DNA of 64,000 nt from Parcubacteria group bacterium GW2011_GWA2_43_11 (GCA_000998805.1 LCFC01000002.1:5784-69783), one strand, 5' to 3'; positions 9,508 to 18,351 are shown, counted from the first letter of the stretch. The notes: generated by a model not told the origin, from the letters alone. Made by a program: numbers and translations.

Positions 9508-11397
9508 TTATTCTGTTTCAGCATCGCGTACCGTACCCTTATCTTCTTTGTTGGAATCATCATCCTTTTTCTCCGTAGTATCTTTTGAAGCATCGCCTTG
9601 TTTACTTATAGCCTCACCAATTTTAGATACCGATGTCGAAAGCGCGTCGGAAGCATTTCGTATAGCCTGACGATCCGTACCCTCGTTTGTTTTTTTCAAC
9701 GCATCAATTTTTTCTTGAACTTCTTTTTTCAAATCCTCGCCGACTTTATCTCCATACTCCTTGAGCGACTTCTCTGAGGTATATATAAGTTGCTCTGCAA
9801 TGTTTTTGGTCTCAATAAATTCACGTTTTTCTTTATCTTCCTTTTCATGAGTCTCAGCATCGCCTTGCATACTCTTAATATCACTTTCAGAGAGTCCTGA
9901 ACTCGCTTCTATTTTTATCGACTGTTCTTTATTTGAAGCTTTATCCTTAGCGGTCACTTTCAAGATTCCGTTCGCATCTACATCAAAGCTTACCTCAATC
10001 TGAGGCATACCTCTCGGTGCAGGTGGAATGCTGTCAAGAATAAATCGTCCGAGTGATTTGTTGTCTGCTGCCATTGCGCGCTCACCCTGCGTGATGTGAA
10101 TTTCTACCTGTGTTTGGTTATCAGCCGCGGTGGAAAAGGTTTGACTTCTCTGTGTAGGGATGGTCGTGTTGCGCTCTATAAGCTTTGTCGATACACCTCC
10201 CATAGTCTCAATACCAAGGGAGAGTGGAATAACATCAAGAAGGAGAACATCCTTTACATCACCCTGTAGGATACCTGCTTGTATAGCCGCGCCGTTCGCC
10301 ACCACCTCATCCGGGTTGATGGTTTTGTTAGGCTCTTTTCCAAACAATTCTTTTACCACTTTTACGATGGCAGGCATGCGGGTCTGTCCTCCTACGAGAA
10401 TAATCTCATCAATCTCTTCCTTCTTAAACGGAGATGCTTCTATGGCTCGTTTCGTAATAGCGATAGAACGCTGAATGAACTCATCTGCAAGTTCTTCGAG
10501 CTTGGTACGATTCAATTTAAGTAACAAATGCTTTGGTCCGTTTGCGTCAGAGGTGATGAACGGGATGTTGATTTCGGTATCCATAACAGTAGATAGTTCC
10601 ATCTTTGCCTTTTCTGCGGCCTCATCAAGCCTTTGTAGAGCGAGTGGGTCTTTCGTAACATCGATACCCGATTCTTTCTTAAATTCCTCGGCAATCCAAC
10701 GCACTATTTTTTGGTCGATATCTCGACCACCCATGTGCGCATCACCATCGGTACTCTTTACCTCAATAACGTCATCTCCTACTTCAAGTACAGACACGTC
10801 AAACGTACCACCACCGAAGTCAAAGACCACTATTTGTTCGTCTTTTTTCTTGTTGAATCCATATGCCAGAGCCGCCGCTGTAGGCTCGTTGATGATACGT
10901 AGGACTTCTAGGCCTGCTATCTTTCCTGCGTCTTTGGTAGCTTGTCTCTGTGAATCGTTAAAGTATGCAGGAACCGTAATCACCGCTTGGGTGATTTTCT
11001 CACCGAGCTTTCGCTCAGCATCCGCCTTCAGCTTCTGAAGAATCATCGCACTTATCTCCTCAGGTCGATAGTCTTTTTCACCCATCTTTATGAGTACACC
11101 GCCGTTGTCCGCTTTATTTACTTTATAGGCGACTATTTCCTTGTCTTTCTGAACAGCTTCCTCGTCATATGAGTGTCCGATGAATCGCTTGATACCATAT
11201 ATAGTGTTTTCCGGATTGGTAACAGCTTGTCGCTTTGCCACCACACCTACCGCACGTTCCTTCGTTTTTGAAATAGACACGACAGAAGGCGTGGTGCGAT
11301 TCCCTTCTTCATTCTCAATTATTTTTGGTTCACCTCCCTCAATAACAGCCATAGCAGAGTTCGTGGTACCAAGGTCAATTCCTAAAATTTTAGACAT
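9508..11397 (-). CDS. dnaK: Chaperone DnaK (Hsp70)
   Basis: 629 aa with [17 protein letters not shown] and other Hsp70 signatures throughout. Confidence 0.98.
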   Translation of the reverse strand: MSKILGIDLGTTNSAMAVIEGGEPKIIENEEGNRTTPSVVSISKTKERAVGVVAKRQAVTNPENTIYGIKRFIGHSYDEEAVQKDKEIVAYKVNKADNGGVLIKMGEKDYRPEEISAMILQKLKADAERKLGEKITQAVITVPAYFNDSQRQATKDAGKIAGLEVLRIINEPTAAALAYGFNKKKDEQIVVFDFGGGTFDVSVLEVGDDVIEVKSTDGDAHMGGRDIDQKIVRWIAEEFKKESGIDVTKDPLALQRLDEAAEKAKMELSTVMDTEINIPFITSDANGPKHLLLKLNRTKLEELADEFIQRSIAITKRAIEASPFKKEEIDEIILVGGQTRMPAIVKVVKELFGKEPNKTINPDEVVANGAAIQAGILQGDVKDVLLLDVIPLSLGIETMGGVSTKLIERNTTIPTQRSQTFSTAADNQTQVEIHITQGERAMAADNKSLGRFILDSIPPAPRGMPQIEVSFDVDANGILKVTAKDKASNKEQSIKIEASSGLSESDIKSMQGDAETHEKEDKEKREFIETKNIAEQLIYTSEKSLKEYGDKVGEDLKKEVQEKIDALKKTNEGTDRQAIRNASDALSTSVSKIGEAISKQGDASKDTTEKKDDDSNKEDKGTVRDAETE

Positions 11398-11454
11398 ACT
11401 TCGTGATGGTTACTTCTAATAAAGTCTTTAAAAAATAATGAAAGAGAAATAATA

Positions 11455-12066
11455 TTATTCCTTTTCTTGAATCTGTGCCACGACTACTTTTGCCGGGCGC
11501 ACAAGTTCCTGCTCAATCATATACCCTTTTTGAAGTACTTGTGCAATAGTGTGATCTTCTTTTTCCACACGCGTTGGCACAATACTCATACATTCATGAA
11601 TTAAAGGGTTGAAAGGTTCTCCGACGTCGCCAAATTCTGTACATCCGAGACTGGTGAGTGCTTGGCTCAATTGCCCCGCAATACGCTCGACTCCATTTCG
11701 CCAATTCTCATCCACTTCTTTCCATGAGACGTCTTGCATAGCAGATGCGAAACTATCAACGACAGGTATGACAGATGCAAGGACAGATGCTTTTGCTCGA
11801 CGCTTGTCGCGCACAGCATCCTCGTTGACATTCTTTCTGTAGTTAACAAGATCAGCCTTTGCGCGTTGCCAACCCGCCAGGTTTTCATCACGTTCTTTTT
11901 GTGTCGCGAGTAACTCTTTCCTAAGCTCTTTCAACTTCGCCTTTAGAGCAGAATTACTCACTTCTCCCTCCTCGAGAACTATCTCATTCCCAGAGTCAAT
12001 ATCTATTGAAATCTCCTCATTTTCAGCCCCTTTTTTCATGGTGGTTATTATAACCCTTGGTTTCAA
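11455..12066 (-). CDS. grpE: Nucleotide exchange factor GrpE
   Basis: 203 aa with a coiled-coil N-terminus, RAKADLVNYRKN, and a C-terminal beta domain (GYMIEQELVRPAKV). It lies upstream of dnaK. M10 is a possible alternative start. Confidence 0.9.
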   Translation of the reverse strand: MKPRVIITTMKKGAENEEISIDIDSGNEIVLEEGEVSNSALKAKLKELRKELLATQKERDENLAGWQRAKADLVNYRKNVNEDAVRDKRRAKASVLASVIPVVDSFASAMQDVSWKEVDENWRNGVERIAGQLSQALTSLGCTEFGDVGEPFNPLIHECMSIVPTRVEKEDHTIAQVLQKGYMIEQELVRPAKVVVAQIQEKE

Positions 12067-12083
12067 TATGTCAAATGAATATG

Positions 12084-12112
12084 TTGCATATTAGCGTATT
12101 TAATGGTATAAT
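12084..12112 (+). promoter_or_regulatory. Sigma70-type promoter (TTGCAT - 17 nt - TGgTATAAT) for the 12165 gene
   Basis: -35 TTGCAT at 12084-12089, and an extended -10 TGG-TATAAT with TATAAT at 12107-12112. SD AAGGAGG at 12152-12158 sits 6 nt before the ATG at 12165. Confidence 0.6.
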
Positions 12113-12164
12113 ATTATCTAGTATTTACTAGTTATTTTCTAATAAAAGACCAAGGAGGTGCCCT

Positions 12165-12743
12165 ATGGCACAAACATTCCCGACGCATGCAGTTGTAGGA
12201 GTTACACTTACACAAGCCATGGTTACATTCCATGTTGTGCAAGTCGAAAATGAAACAGTTTGGCTGTATGCTCTCGTAGCTGGGATGCTCGGAGCTATAG
12301 CCCCTGACATGGTAATGGTTCCTGAATTTTTCTGGGACAAGTACGTAAAGAAAATCCAACCCATGACGCAAGAAGGTCCAATCACCATGTTTCTCAAGGA
12401 GGTGTCGCATTCTCTATTCACTTGGTTAATTGCAGGACTTCTCTGGAGTATGTTTTTTCCTGCTGGAGAAATGAAAGTTTTTGGATTTGTTTTCCTTATA
12501 TGCGCACTGTTCGCTGGAGTAGTTCCAGACATCTACACACACACTGACCCGCGGTTCCTAAAAACTGATCCCACTTTCATTTATCCTATTTCTCATATAA
12601 CACGAAAGAGGCTTCGGTATAAAAATCCGAAACGGGAGTACAGAAAGGCTCATGGCGACCTGAGTATGAAGGAGTGGGAGAAAAGTCTGAATTTTTGGAC
12701 TTCTGTAGTGTTCTTTGTGCTCTTCCTTGTCAATCTTATTTGA
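12165..12743 (+). CDS. Membrane protein, possibly DUF457/YdjM-like membrane-bound metal-dependent hydrolase
   Basis: 192-aa ORF with a strong SD and promoter, several TM helices, and His/Asp-containing motifs (PTHAVVG, APDMV, SHSLF). The family assignment is weak. Confidence 0.5.
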   Translation: MAQTFPTHAVVGVTLTQAMVTFHVVQVENETVWLYALVAGMLGAIAPDMVMVPEFFWDKYVKKIQPMTQEGPITMFLKEVSHSLFTWLIAGLLWSMFFPAGEMKVFGFVFLICALFAGVVPDIYTHTDPRFLKTDPTFIYPISHITRKRLRYKNPKREYRKAHGDLSMKEWEKSLNFWTSVVFFVLFLVNLI

Positions 12744-12761
12744 GCACATTTGGGTGGTATT

Positions 12762-12790
12762 AAAACCCTTCGTTCTGAACGAAGGGTTTT
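12762..12790. terminator. Bidirectional hairpin terminator between convergent genes
   Basis: AAAACCCTTCG-TTCTGAA-CGAAGGGTTTT forms an 11-bp stem with A/T runs on both sides. It overlaps the ung stop codon. Confidence 0.6.
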
Positions 12791-13457
12791 ACCATGCAAT
12801 TATTTTTTTACCATTCGCACGCAAGTACTCATTCGCGCGACTAAAATGCTTGCACCCAAAGAAACCATTGTACGCACTGAAGGGTGAAGGGTGTGTGGCT
12901 TCAAGCACAAGGTGTTTTTTTGCATCTATTAGTTCCCTCTTGGCCTTTGCATAGTTACCCCAGAGCATGAAGACGACATGTTCTTTTTCGTTACTTATCT
13001 TTCGTATCACTGAATTAGTAAACTCTTCCCAGCCTTTGTTCTGATGACTACCAGGTTGCCCTGCGCGCACCGTGAGCGTGGCATTGAGAAGTAGTACACC
13101 TTGCTCTGCCCACTTCTCTAGATTGCCCGTAGTTGGTATGGAAATACCTAAGTCTGCGTGTAGTTCTTTGTAGATATTTTGAAGTGACGGTGGCACGGTG
13201 ACACCCTCAGGTACCGAAAAGCAGAGGCCGTGTGCTTGTGCCGTACCGTGGTACGGGTCTTGCCCTAGTATTACAACTTTCACCTTCACAAACGGACACA
13301 AATCAAACGCATTAAAAATATATTTCGGAGGTGGGTAGACTTTCGCTACCTTGTATTCACTTTTCACAAATTCAGAAAGTGTTCTCCACTCAGGACTTTC
13401 AAACCGCTCTTGGAGAGCTATTTTCCACGATTCTTCTATTCGTACTTCATTATTCAT
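12789..13457 (-). CDS. ung: Uracil-DNA glycosylase (family 1)
   Basis: 222 aa with GQDPYHG, the water-activating loop, and HPSPFSA (the HPSPLS-type motif). Confidence 0.95.
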   Translation of the reverse strand: MNNEVRIEESWKIALQERFESPEWRTLSEFVKSEYKVAKVYPPPKYIFNAFDLCPFVKVKVVILGQDPYHGTAQAHGLCFSVPEGVTVPPSLQNIYKELHADLGISIPTTGNLEKWAEQGVLLLNATLTVRAGQPGSHQNKGWEEFTNSVIRKISNEKEHVVFMLWGNYAKAKRELIDAKKHLVLEATHPSPFSAYNGFFGCKHFSRANEYLRANGKKIIAW

Positions 13458-13497
13458 AGTCTAGATTCTTCTATTGAGTAAATTATCTAAACTTAAA

Positions 13498-13815
13498 TTA
13501 AGAATTAGACTCATTGATATTCTTTTTCTTCCAGTTTTTAAGCTCATAATATTGTTCAATTTCACCTGCCTTGTGTGTATACTTATGTGTTGGTGTTATC
13601 TCCTCAAGACCTTCAACTACAAATTGATTATTATCTATTTGTCGTGCATATTTTTCAGACACTTCAACCTCATACACAAACACGGACTCATTAGGGTTAA
13701 ACAATTCAGGATTTTCGAACTCAATAGTTTTATCATCATTAATAAATGTTAGACCATGTGTTCTAACAGCCATTGCCAATGCATACTCGTAATGTGGCGT
13801 TAAATATATTCCCAT
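13498..13815 (-). CDS. Hypothetical protein; possibly the C-terminal part of a frameshifted longer gene starting at 13918
   Basis: 105-aa ORF. An upstream 51-codon ORF (ATG at 13918, MKFYHGSPNAYLSSLKRMQ...) ends in a different frame just where this ORF begins. Confidence 0.5.
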   Translation of the reverse strand: MGIYLTPHYEYALAMAVRTHGLTFINDDKTIEFENPELFNPNESVFVYEVEVSEKYARQIDNNQFVVEGLEEITPTHKYTHKAGEIEQYYELKNWKKKNINESNS

Positions 13816-14187
13816 ACTTTAACTCATCCTCAGGCACTTCTACACTTTCACTTGCCTCTGCTTGCATTCTTTTAAGTGATGATAAATATGCATTTGGCGA
13901 ACCGTGGTAAAATTTCATATTTTTATAGAATATTTATCTGATTCAAATCTTTTTTGCTACTCTACTTTACGTACAATATTGTATATAAAATTATCCTATC
14001 ATAGAATTTCCTCTGACAATCCTTCCATTATATTTAATTATTACTTTATAGTAGTAATTATTTATATACTATAGGTCGTAAGTTTATTTAACATCCAATC
14101 GTGTCGTACGCCGTGGAGAGAGGTGGTTTGAATAAGTCTACAATATTAACTTTTATCAAATATTTCTTATAATGGAGTCTGTACGAA

Positions 14188-14196
14188 TGGTACAAT
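14188..14196 (+). promoter_or_regulatory. Extended -10 element (TGgTACAAT) 7 nt upstream of the ATG; implies a leaderless mRNA
   Basis: TGGTACAAT at 14188-14196 and the ATG at 14204. No SD is present. Confidence 0.45.
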
Positions 14197-14203
14197 ACAA
14201 CAA

Positions 14204-14728
14204 ATGATTGGGCAGAACAATTATGCATTTATTGATAGTCAAAATGTGAATTTAAGCATTCGTCAGCTTGGGTGGCGAATTGACTGGTGCCGTTTTCGTA
14301 TATATTTGAAGGAAAAGTACGGTGTTTCAAAAGCATTTCTTTTTCTTGGTTACGTTAGTAAAAATCAAGATTTGTATACCCGACTTCAAGAAGCAGGCTT
14401 TATTTGTATATTTAAACCAACTTTAGAGTACAAGGATGGGACCACCAAAGGCAACTGTGATGCTGAACTTGTCCTTCAGGTTATGAAGGAGTTTTTAAAT
14501 TTTAACAAAGCAATTATCGTCTCTGGAGATGGTGATTTTTATTGTCTTGCAAAGCATTTACATGAAGAGAATAAACTTGGAATACTTCTCATACCAAATC
14601 GTAAACGTTTCTCCGCACTTTTAAAATGGGATATTTTCCGCAAATATCTGCGATTTATGAATGACCTTGAGAGTAAGCTTGCGTATATAAAGAAAGGGCC
14701 CCGTAAGGACGAAACCTTACAGGGCTGA
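14204..14728 (+). CDS. NYN-domain (LabA/DUF88-like, PIN-fold) putative nuclease
   Basis: 174 aa with an N-terminal YAFIDSQN and a central SGDGDFYCL, typical of NYN/LabA-like domains. Confidence 0.7.
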   Translation: MIGQNNYAFIDSQNVNLSIRQLGWRIDWCRFRIYLKEKYGVSKAFLFLGYVSKNQDLYTRLQEAGFICIFKPTLEYKDGTTKGNCDAELVLQVMKEFLNFNKAIIVSGDGDFYCLAKHLHEENKLGILLIPNRKRFSALLKWDIFRKYLRFMNDLESKLAYIKKGPRKDETLQG

Positions 14729-14849
14729 CTTTCCATTGGTGATGTATATATATTACAGCAACCTATTCTGTAGTCAAACCTTTTAAATTAAGCTATCCAT
14801 TGTGACTTTGTGTAATAGAATTTACATTTATTCGTAGTTCCATTGCACA

Positions 14850-16121
14850 TTATTGAATATTTACACTCAACGCCTCACCCCACCGTGTAGTACGCCGTGG
14901 CGAAAGATACTCTCGCCGAGCGCGCCACGTATCACTCTGCATTTCTACTCCCAACTGTACAATGTCTCCGTGTGTCTGCCGTATGTCATCAAGCACATGC
15001 ATGAGCACACTGTTCGTATTGGTAGGCTCTCCGAAGAGCGTTTCTCGTGGCTGTGCTCCATCGGGTACAATATTTCGCACCAGTACCCCAGCTTTCTTAT
15101 AGGCAACGTTAGGACGATATATTCGCTTCAGAATATCAAGCGCTGTCGCCACTATGAGAAACGTATCATTTGTATAGGTAAGTAATATTTCCACATCGAC
15201 GGACTTACTTTTTTTGCCATTCCCTTCTGGTGAATATATAAAGACACTAACTTCCTTTGCTACGGCAGACTCACTTCGCAGTATTCCTGCTATGGTGCGT
15301 GCATGCCCTGCTACTGCCGTCTCCAGATTACGTAGCGAAGTTACCCTTCTGCTAAAAGACTGCGAGCTAAGGAGTGACTTGCGCAACACTTCATCCTCTC
15401 CTAAATGGAAACAGCAAACCCCTCGAAGTTCTGACACTGTACGCAAACCTACAACGTTTGTTTCTTTCCGTATCCACGCATCATCTTTGTTGCACAAATC
15501 GAGGGCAGAGACAATTCCCTTTCGTGCAAGCTTTTGTGCATACGCCCTCCCAATACCCCACACATCACCCACGGCAATATCTTGTAACGCTTTTTGAATG
15601 TTTGAGTTTTTTATAAGAACATTGCTTCCATTACCCATGTACTGCGGTTTTGCGAAATGTGCCGCGACTTTTGCAAGTGTTTTTGTCTTTGCTATACCTA
15701 CAGACACAGGGACACCCACTTCTTGCAAAACAGTTGCTCGTATATCATTAGCTTTACGTAAAAGAAAAGCCTCTATATCCTCAGAAACAGAAAGTGCTAA
15801 AAATGCTTCATCAATTGAATACACCTCCACAACATCAGAGAAGCGACGTAAGACACTCATTACACGATTAGAAATATCTCTATACAGTTCAAAGTTTGAA
15901 GAAAACAATGCGACCTTATGTTGTTCACAGAGCACTTTAATCTTAAAGTATGGCTCACCCATTTTAATACCGAGCTTTTTTACCTCAAGAGAACGAGAAA
16001 CAATGCATCCATCATTACTAGAAAGTACCGCAACTGGGTGGTGTGCAAGGTCAGGACGAAACAATCGCTCACACGAAACAAAGAAGTTATCGCAGTCTAT
16101 CAAAAAAATATATTCAGTCAT
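14850..16121 (-). CDS. umuC: Y-family translesion DNA polymerase, UmuC-like
   Basis: 423 aa. The N-terminus IFLIDCDNFFVSCERLFRPDLAHHPVAVLSSNDGCIVSRS closely parallels the E. coli UmuC N-terminus, and SIDEAFL is present. A UmuD-like gene lies upstream. Confidence 0.9.
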   Translation of the reverse strand: MTEYIFLIDCDNFFVSCERLFRPDLAHHPVAVLSSNDGCIVSRSLEVKKLGIKMGEPYFKIKVLCEQHKVALFSSNFELYRDISNRVMSVLRRFSDVVEVYSIDEAFLALSVSEDIEAFLLRKANDIRATVLQEVGVPVSVGIAKTKTLAKVAAHFAKPQYMGNGSNVLIKNSNIQKALQDIAVGDVWGIGRAYAQKLARKGIVSALDLCNKDDAWIRKETNVVGLRTVSELRGVCCFHLGEDEVLRKSLLSSQSFSRRVTSLRNLETAVAGHARTIAGILRSESAVAKEVSVFIYSPEGNGKKSKSVDVEILLTYTNDTFLIVATALDILKRIYRPNVAYKKAGVLVRNIVPDGAQPRETLFGEPTNTNSVLMHVLDDIRQTHGDIVQLGVEMQSDTWRARREYLSPRRTTRWGEALSVNIQ

Positions 16122-16137
16122 GTATTATACCTATCAC

Positions 16138-16386
16138 AGGATTACGCAAACGGATACAGTTCGACTTGTCCTCCGTAGCTCCCGGAGGAGCGGAGGAGGA
16201 GGAAAACGAACAAAATGGAGCGCATCCCGCCACAGGCGGGATAGACGACATTTTGTGAAGTTTGACGACGAAATGCAACCTAATTTTTAACGAACGCAGG
16301 GAGTACCTGCGCGTGCGCATGGTTCTTGTGCCCTGTGGGTATAAAAATGGGAACGCTCTTGCGGTACGCCGATTGTATGAGTTCTA
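16138..16386 (+). repeat. R-family element copy R2 (TIR - F - core A - C with an extra 36-nt insert - degenerate TIR), about 249 nt
   Basis: Opens with AGGATTACGCAAACGG and contains ACAAAATGGAGCGCATCCCGCCACAGGCGGGATAGACGACATTTTGTGAAGTTTGACGACG. The right end CGCCGATTGTATGAGTTC is a decayed TIR that abuts the umuD-like stop codon. Confidence 0.85.
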
Positions 16387-16857
16387 TTACATTCTTCTAC
16401 TTACAGCTGATACCACCCCCCAAATACTCACTTCTCCACCATCCTCAAGCACAAGAGCTGTACTTGATTCACTACCGCAGATCAAAAATTTTTGACCCTC
16501 ATGTTCTGTAAAACGACACAGCGCAAACGCACCATCACGAACAGCCAAGACAAGTCGTCCAAGGGTTGGCGTCAAAGCCCTGTCTATAGTAAGCACATCC
16601 CCAGCATGTATGCCTAAAAATGTATTTTCCCCTATATCAAAATTTTCTTTATTACCTTCTACTTCGATAAAAAATGTTGATGCAGGATTGTGCACAAAGA
16701 GTGCATCTAAAGAAAGAGGGTTTGTGTACTCCTCAAAAAGACCCTCTCTTTCATCAAACTCTTTTGACAAACTTCCGCACACACTACATGCGGTGTGTTG
16801 GGTGAGCATTTTCTTCGATATATGCTCCTTATCTCTAATGAAAGGTACTGATTTCAT
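16387..16857 (-). CDS. UmuD-like S24-fold protein lacking the Ser/Lys catalytic dyad
   Basis: 156 aa. The C-terminal two thirds align to UmuD (HNPASTFFIEV..., GDVLTIDRALTPTLGRLVLAVRDGAF..., VSIWGVVSAV). However GDSM is replaced by GNKE, and the VKK lysine by LCR. Confidence 0.7.
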   Translation of the reverse strand: MKSVPFIRDKEHISKKMLTQHTACSVCGSLSKEFDEREGLFEEYTNPLSLDALFVHNPASTFFIEVEGNKENFDIGENTFLGIHAGDVLTIDRALTPTLGRLVLAVRDGAFALCRFTEHEGQKFLICGSESSTALVLEDGGEVSIWGVVSAVSRRM

Positions 16858-17001
16858 ACAAATGCTTTGGAATAGAAATTAAATAATATATTTATAAACT
16901 TTTTAATGATACTGCGTGACTTCACCACAATTCTTTCTTCTGCAAAATTTTATCAAACCAGCGTTAAGCTACGGTGAAGTTATTGGGATTCATAATATAG
17001 G

Positions 17002-17176
17002 AGGATTTACGCAAACGGGTGCAGTTCGACTTGTCCGCCGTAGCTCTCGGAGGAACGAAGGTGGAGGCGTCCAAGCAAAATGGAATGAGTTGTATTAACA
17101 ATACTACAAGAGACATTTTTGACGGGCAACGCCTGCCTGCGCAGACAGGATGAAATTCACCCGTTTTCGTAAGTCG
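17002..17176 (+). repeat. R-family element copy R3 (TIR - F - core B - extra hairpin - TIR), 175 nt
   Basis: AGGATTTACGCAAACGGG...CCCGTTTTCGTAAGTCGT termini. The core is GCAAAATGGAATGAGTTGTATTAACAATACTACAAGAGACATTTTTG. It ends 4 nt from the lexA stop codon. Confidence 0.88.
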
Positions 17177-17180
17177 TGTA

Positions 17181-17750
17181 TTATGCTCCATACGTACGTA
17201 TCACACTCCTAACCACGCCACCTATTTCGAGAGAAAACTGAGGCCACAAGTCGGGATAGTCTTCATTCGCTGCTTCTAGATACTTTTTACCTTTCTTCTC
17301 TCGTAAGTATTTAACTGTCCAATCACCGTCAAGGTTGGCGACGACAATATCACCCACTTTTGCTTGACTTGTACGCTCCACAAGCAAAAGGTCACCTTCG
17401 TAAATACCCGCATCCACCATAGAAAGACCCTTCACCCGCAGAAGATACATTTTTTCTCTTTTTCCCAACAAAAGCTCATCCACCGAAATTCTATCGAGTG
17501 CCATCTCTTCTGCTGGTGAAGGAAACCCCGCTTCTATGAGTCCAAGCAACGGCACTGTCTCTGTAAGTGCAACAGGCACCAATTTCCCTCGTGAATCTCT
17601 TTCTACCACACCAGCATCAACAAGTTTCTCTACCACCTTGGCAACAGCATTTTTGGAAGCAAAACCAAAGAGTGTACACATTTCACTATAGCCAGGCATG
17701 CGTTTATGCTTCTGAAAAAATGTTCTAAGTATCGTTGTGTATTGTTCCAT
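17181..17750 (-). CDS. lexA: LexA repressor
   Basis: N-terminal wHTH, an Ala-Gly cleavage site (IEAGFPSP), the catalytic Ser in KGLSM and Lys in TVKYL. The ATG at 17750 (MEQYTT...) is preferred. The ORF-track start at 17792 is a TTG lying inside repeat R4. Confidence 0.9.
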   Translation of the reverse strand: MEQYTTILRTFFQKHKRMPGYSEMCTLFGFASKNAVAKVVEKLVDAGVVERDSRGKLVPVALTETVPLLGLIEAGFPSPAEEMALDRISVDELLLGKREKMYLLRVKGLSMVDAGIYEGDLLLVERTSQAKVGDIVVANLDGDWTVKYLREKKGKKYLEAANEDYPDLWPQFSLEIGGVVRSVIRTYGA

Positions 17751-17759
17751 ATGTATTTT

Positions 17760-17880
17760 GAGACTTACGTAAACGGCGCATTTATGTGTCAAACTTCACA
17801 AAATGTCGTTCATCCCGCCGTGACGGGACTCACTCCTCTTTGTTCGTTTTCCTAGAACTGCATCCGTTTGCGTAAGCCCT
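17760..17880 (-). repeat. R-family element copy R4 (TIR - core A - TIR), 121 nt; the only copy in inverted orientation
   Basis: The plus strand reads GAGACTTACGTAAACGG CGCATTT...GTCAAACTTCACAAAATGTCGTTCATCCCGCCGTGACGGGACTCACTCC...CCGTTTGCGTAAGCCCT, which is the reverse complement of the R1/R10 layout. Confidence 0.9.
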
Positions 17881-17918
17881 ATCCTATAATTCGTGTTACA
17901 GCAGTCCATACCTACTAC

Positions 17919-18188
17919 TTAAAAAGCAAACTTCCATGTAAACAGTCTCGCCATCACTCCGCGATTAAGACTTTGCCGTACAGGGCTCTTGCCAATGTGC
18001 GATCGGCGTCGTGGCTTCTGTACAGGAGACACAACATCTTCACGAAGATACTGCAGTGTCGCAAGAAGCTCTCTGTGACGACGTGCTTCTTTTTCATACT
18101 GAAGACCTTTGATAATTTTAGTATCTATGCGGTCGTTTAGCTTATCTAATTCTGAATGTATTTTTTGAAATAATGTTGTTTTACTCAT
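17919..18188 (-). CDS. Small hypothetical protein, first gene of the putative SOS operon
   Basis: 89-aa ORF with a coiled-coil-like N-terminus, a basic middle and a hydrophobic tail (GVMARLFTWKFAF). Its ATG lies 26 nt downstream of a LexA-box-containing promoter. Confidence 0.5.
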   Translation of the reverse strand: MSKTTLFQKIHSELDKLNDRIDTKIIKGLQYEKEARRHRELLATLQYLREDVVSPVQKPRRRSHIGKSPVRQSLNRGVMARLFTWKFAF

Positions 18189-18214
18189 ATCCCACGTGTT
18201 ATTTGTATATACGT

Positions 18215-18243
18215 AGTCTAGGTGAACATTCGTTCACCGTCAA
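18215..18243 (-). promoter_or_regulatory. SOS promoter with an embedded LexA (Cheo-type) box
   Basis: The minus strand reads TTGACG-GTGAACGAATGTTCACC-TAGACT, that is -35, a 17-nt spacer and -10. The perfect palindrome GGTGAAC-N4-GTTCACC (18221-18238) occupies the spacer, and GAAC-N4-GTTC is the classical Gram-positive-type LexA operator core. Confidence 0.7.
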
Positions 18244-18336
18244 CTTTTTTGCCTGTGGATAGACTCTTACTGTGACAAAAATACATCCTGTCAACACCAT
18301 GGGTATTGAGAAATACCACTACCGCTATTATAAATA

Positions 18337-18345
18337 TGGTACAGT
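18337..18345 (+). promoter_or_regulatory. Extended -10 element (TGgTACAGT) 6 nt upstream of the ATG; implies a leaderless mRNA
   Basis: TGGTACAGT at 18337-18345 and the ATG at 18352. No SD is present. Confidence 0.45.
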
Positions 18346-18351
18346 CTATAT

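Noticed and set aside
9348-9593. Short ORFs running through R elements that share peptides such as HFVKFD(N/D)EM (also 16114-16320, 15598-16290 tail, 60676-60951)
   Set aside because: The shared peptide merely reflects the repeated DNA. Reading frames, starts and stops are not conserved between copies, one copy is inverted, and the conservation pattern is base-pairing (compensatory changes) rather than codon-based.
12128-12532. 134-aa minus-strand ORF overlapping the 12165-12743 plus-strand ORF
   Set aside because: The plus-strand ORF has a consensus promoter, a strong SD at ideal spacing and a membrane-protein hydropathy pattern. The minus-strand ORF has none of these.
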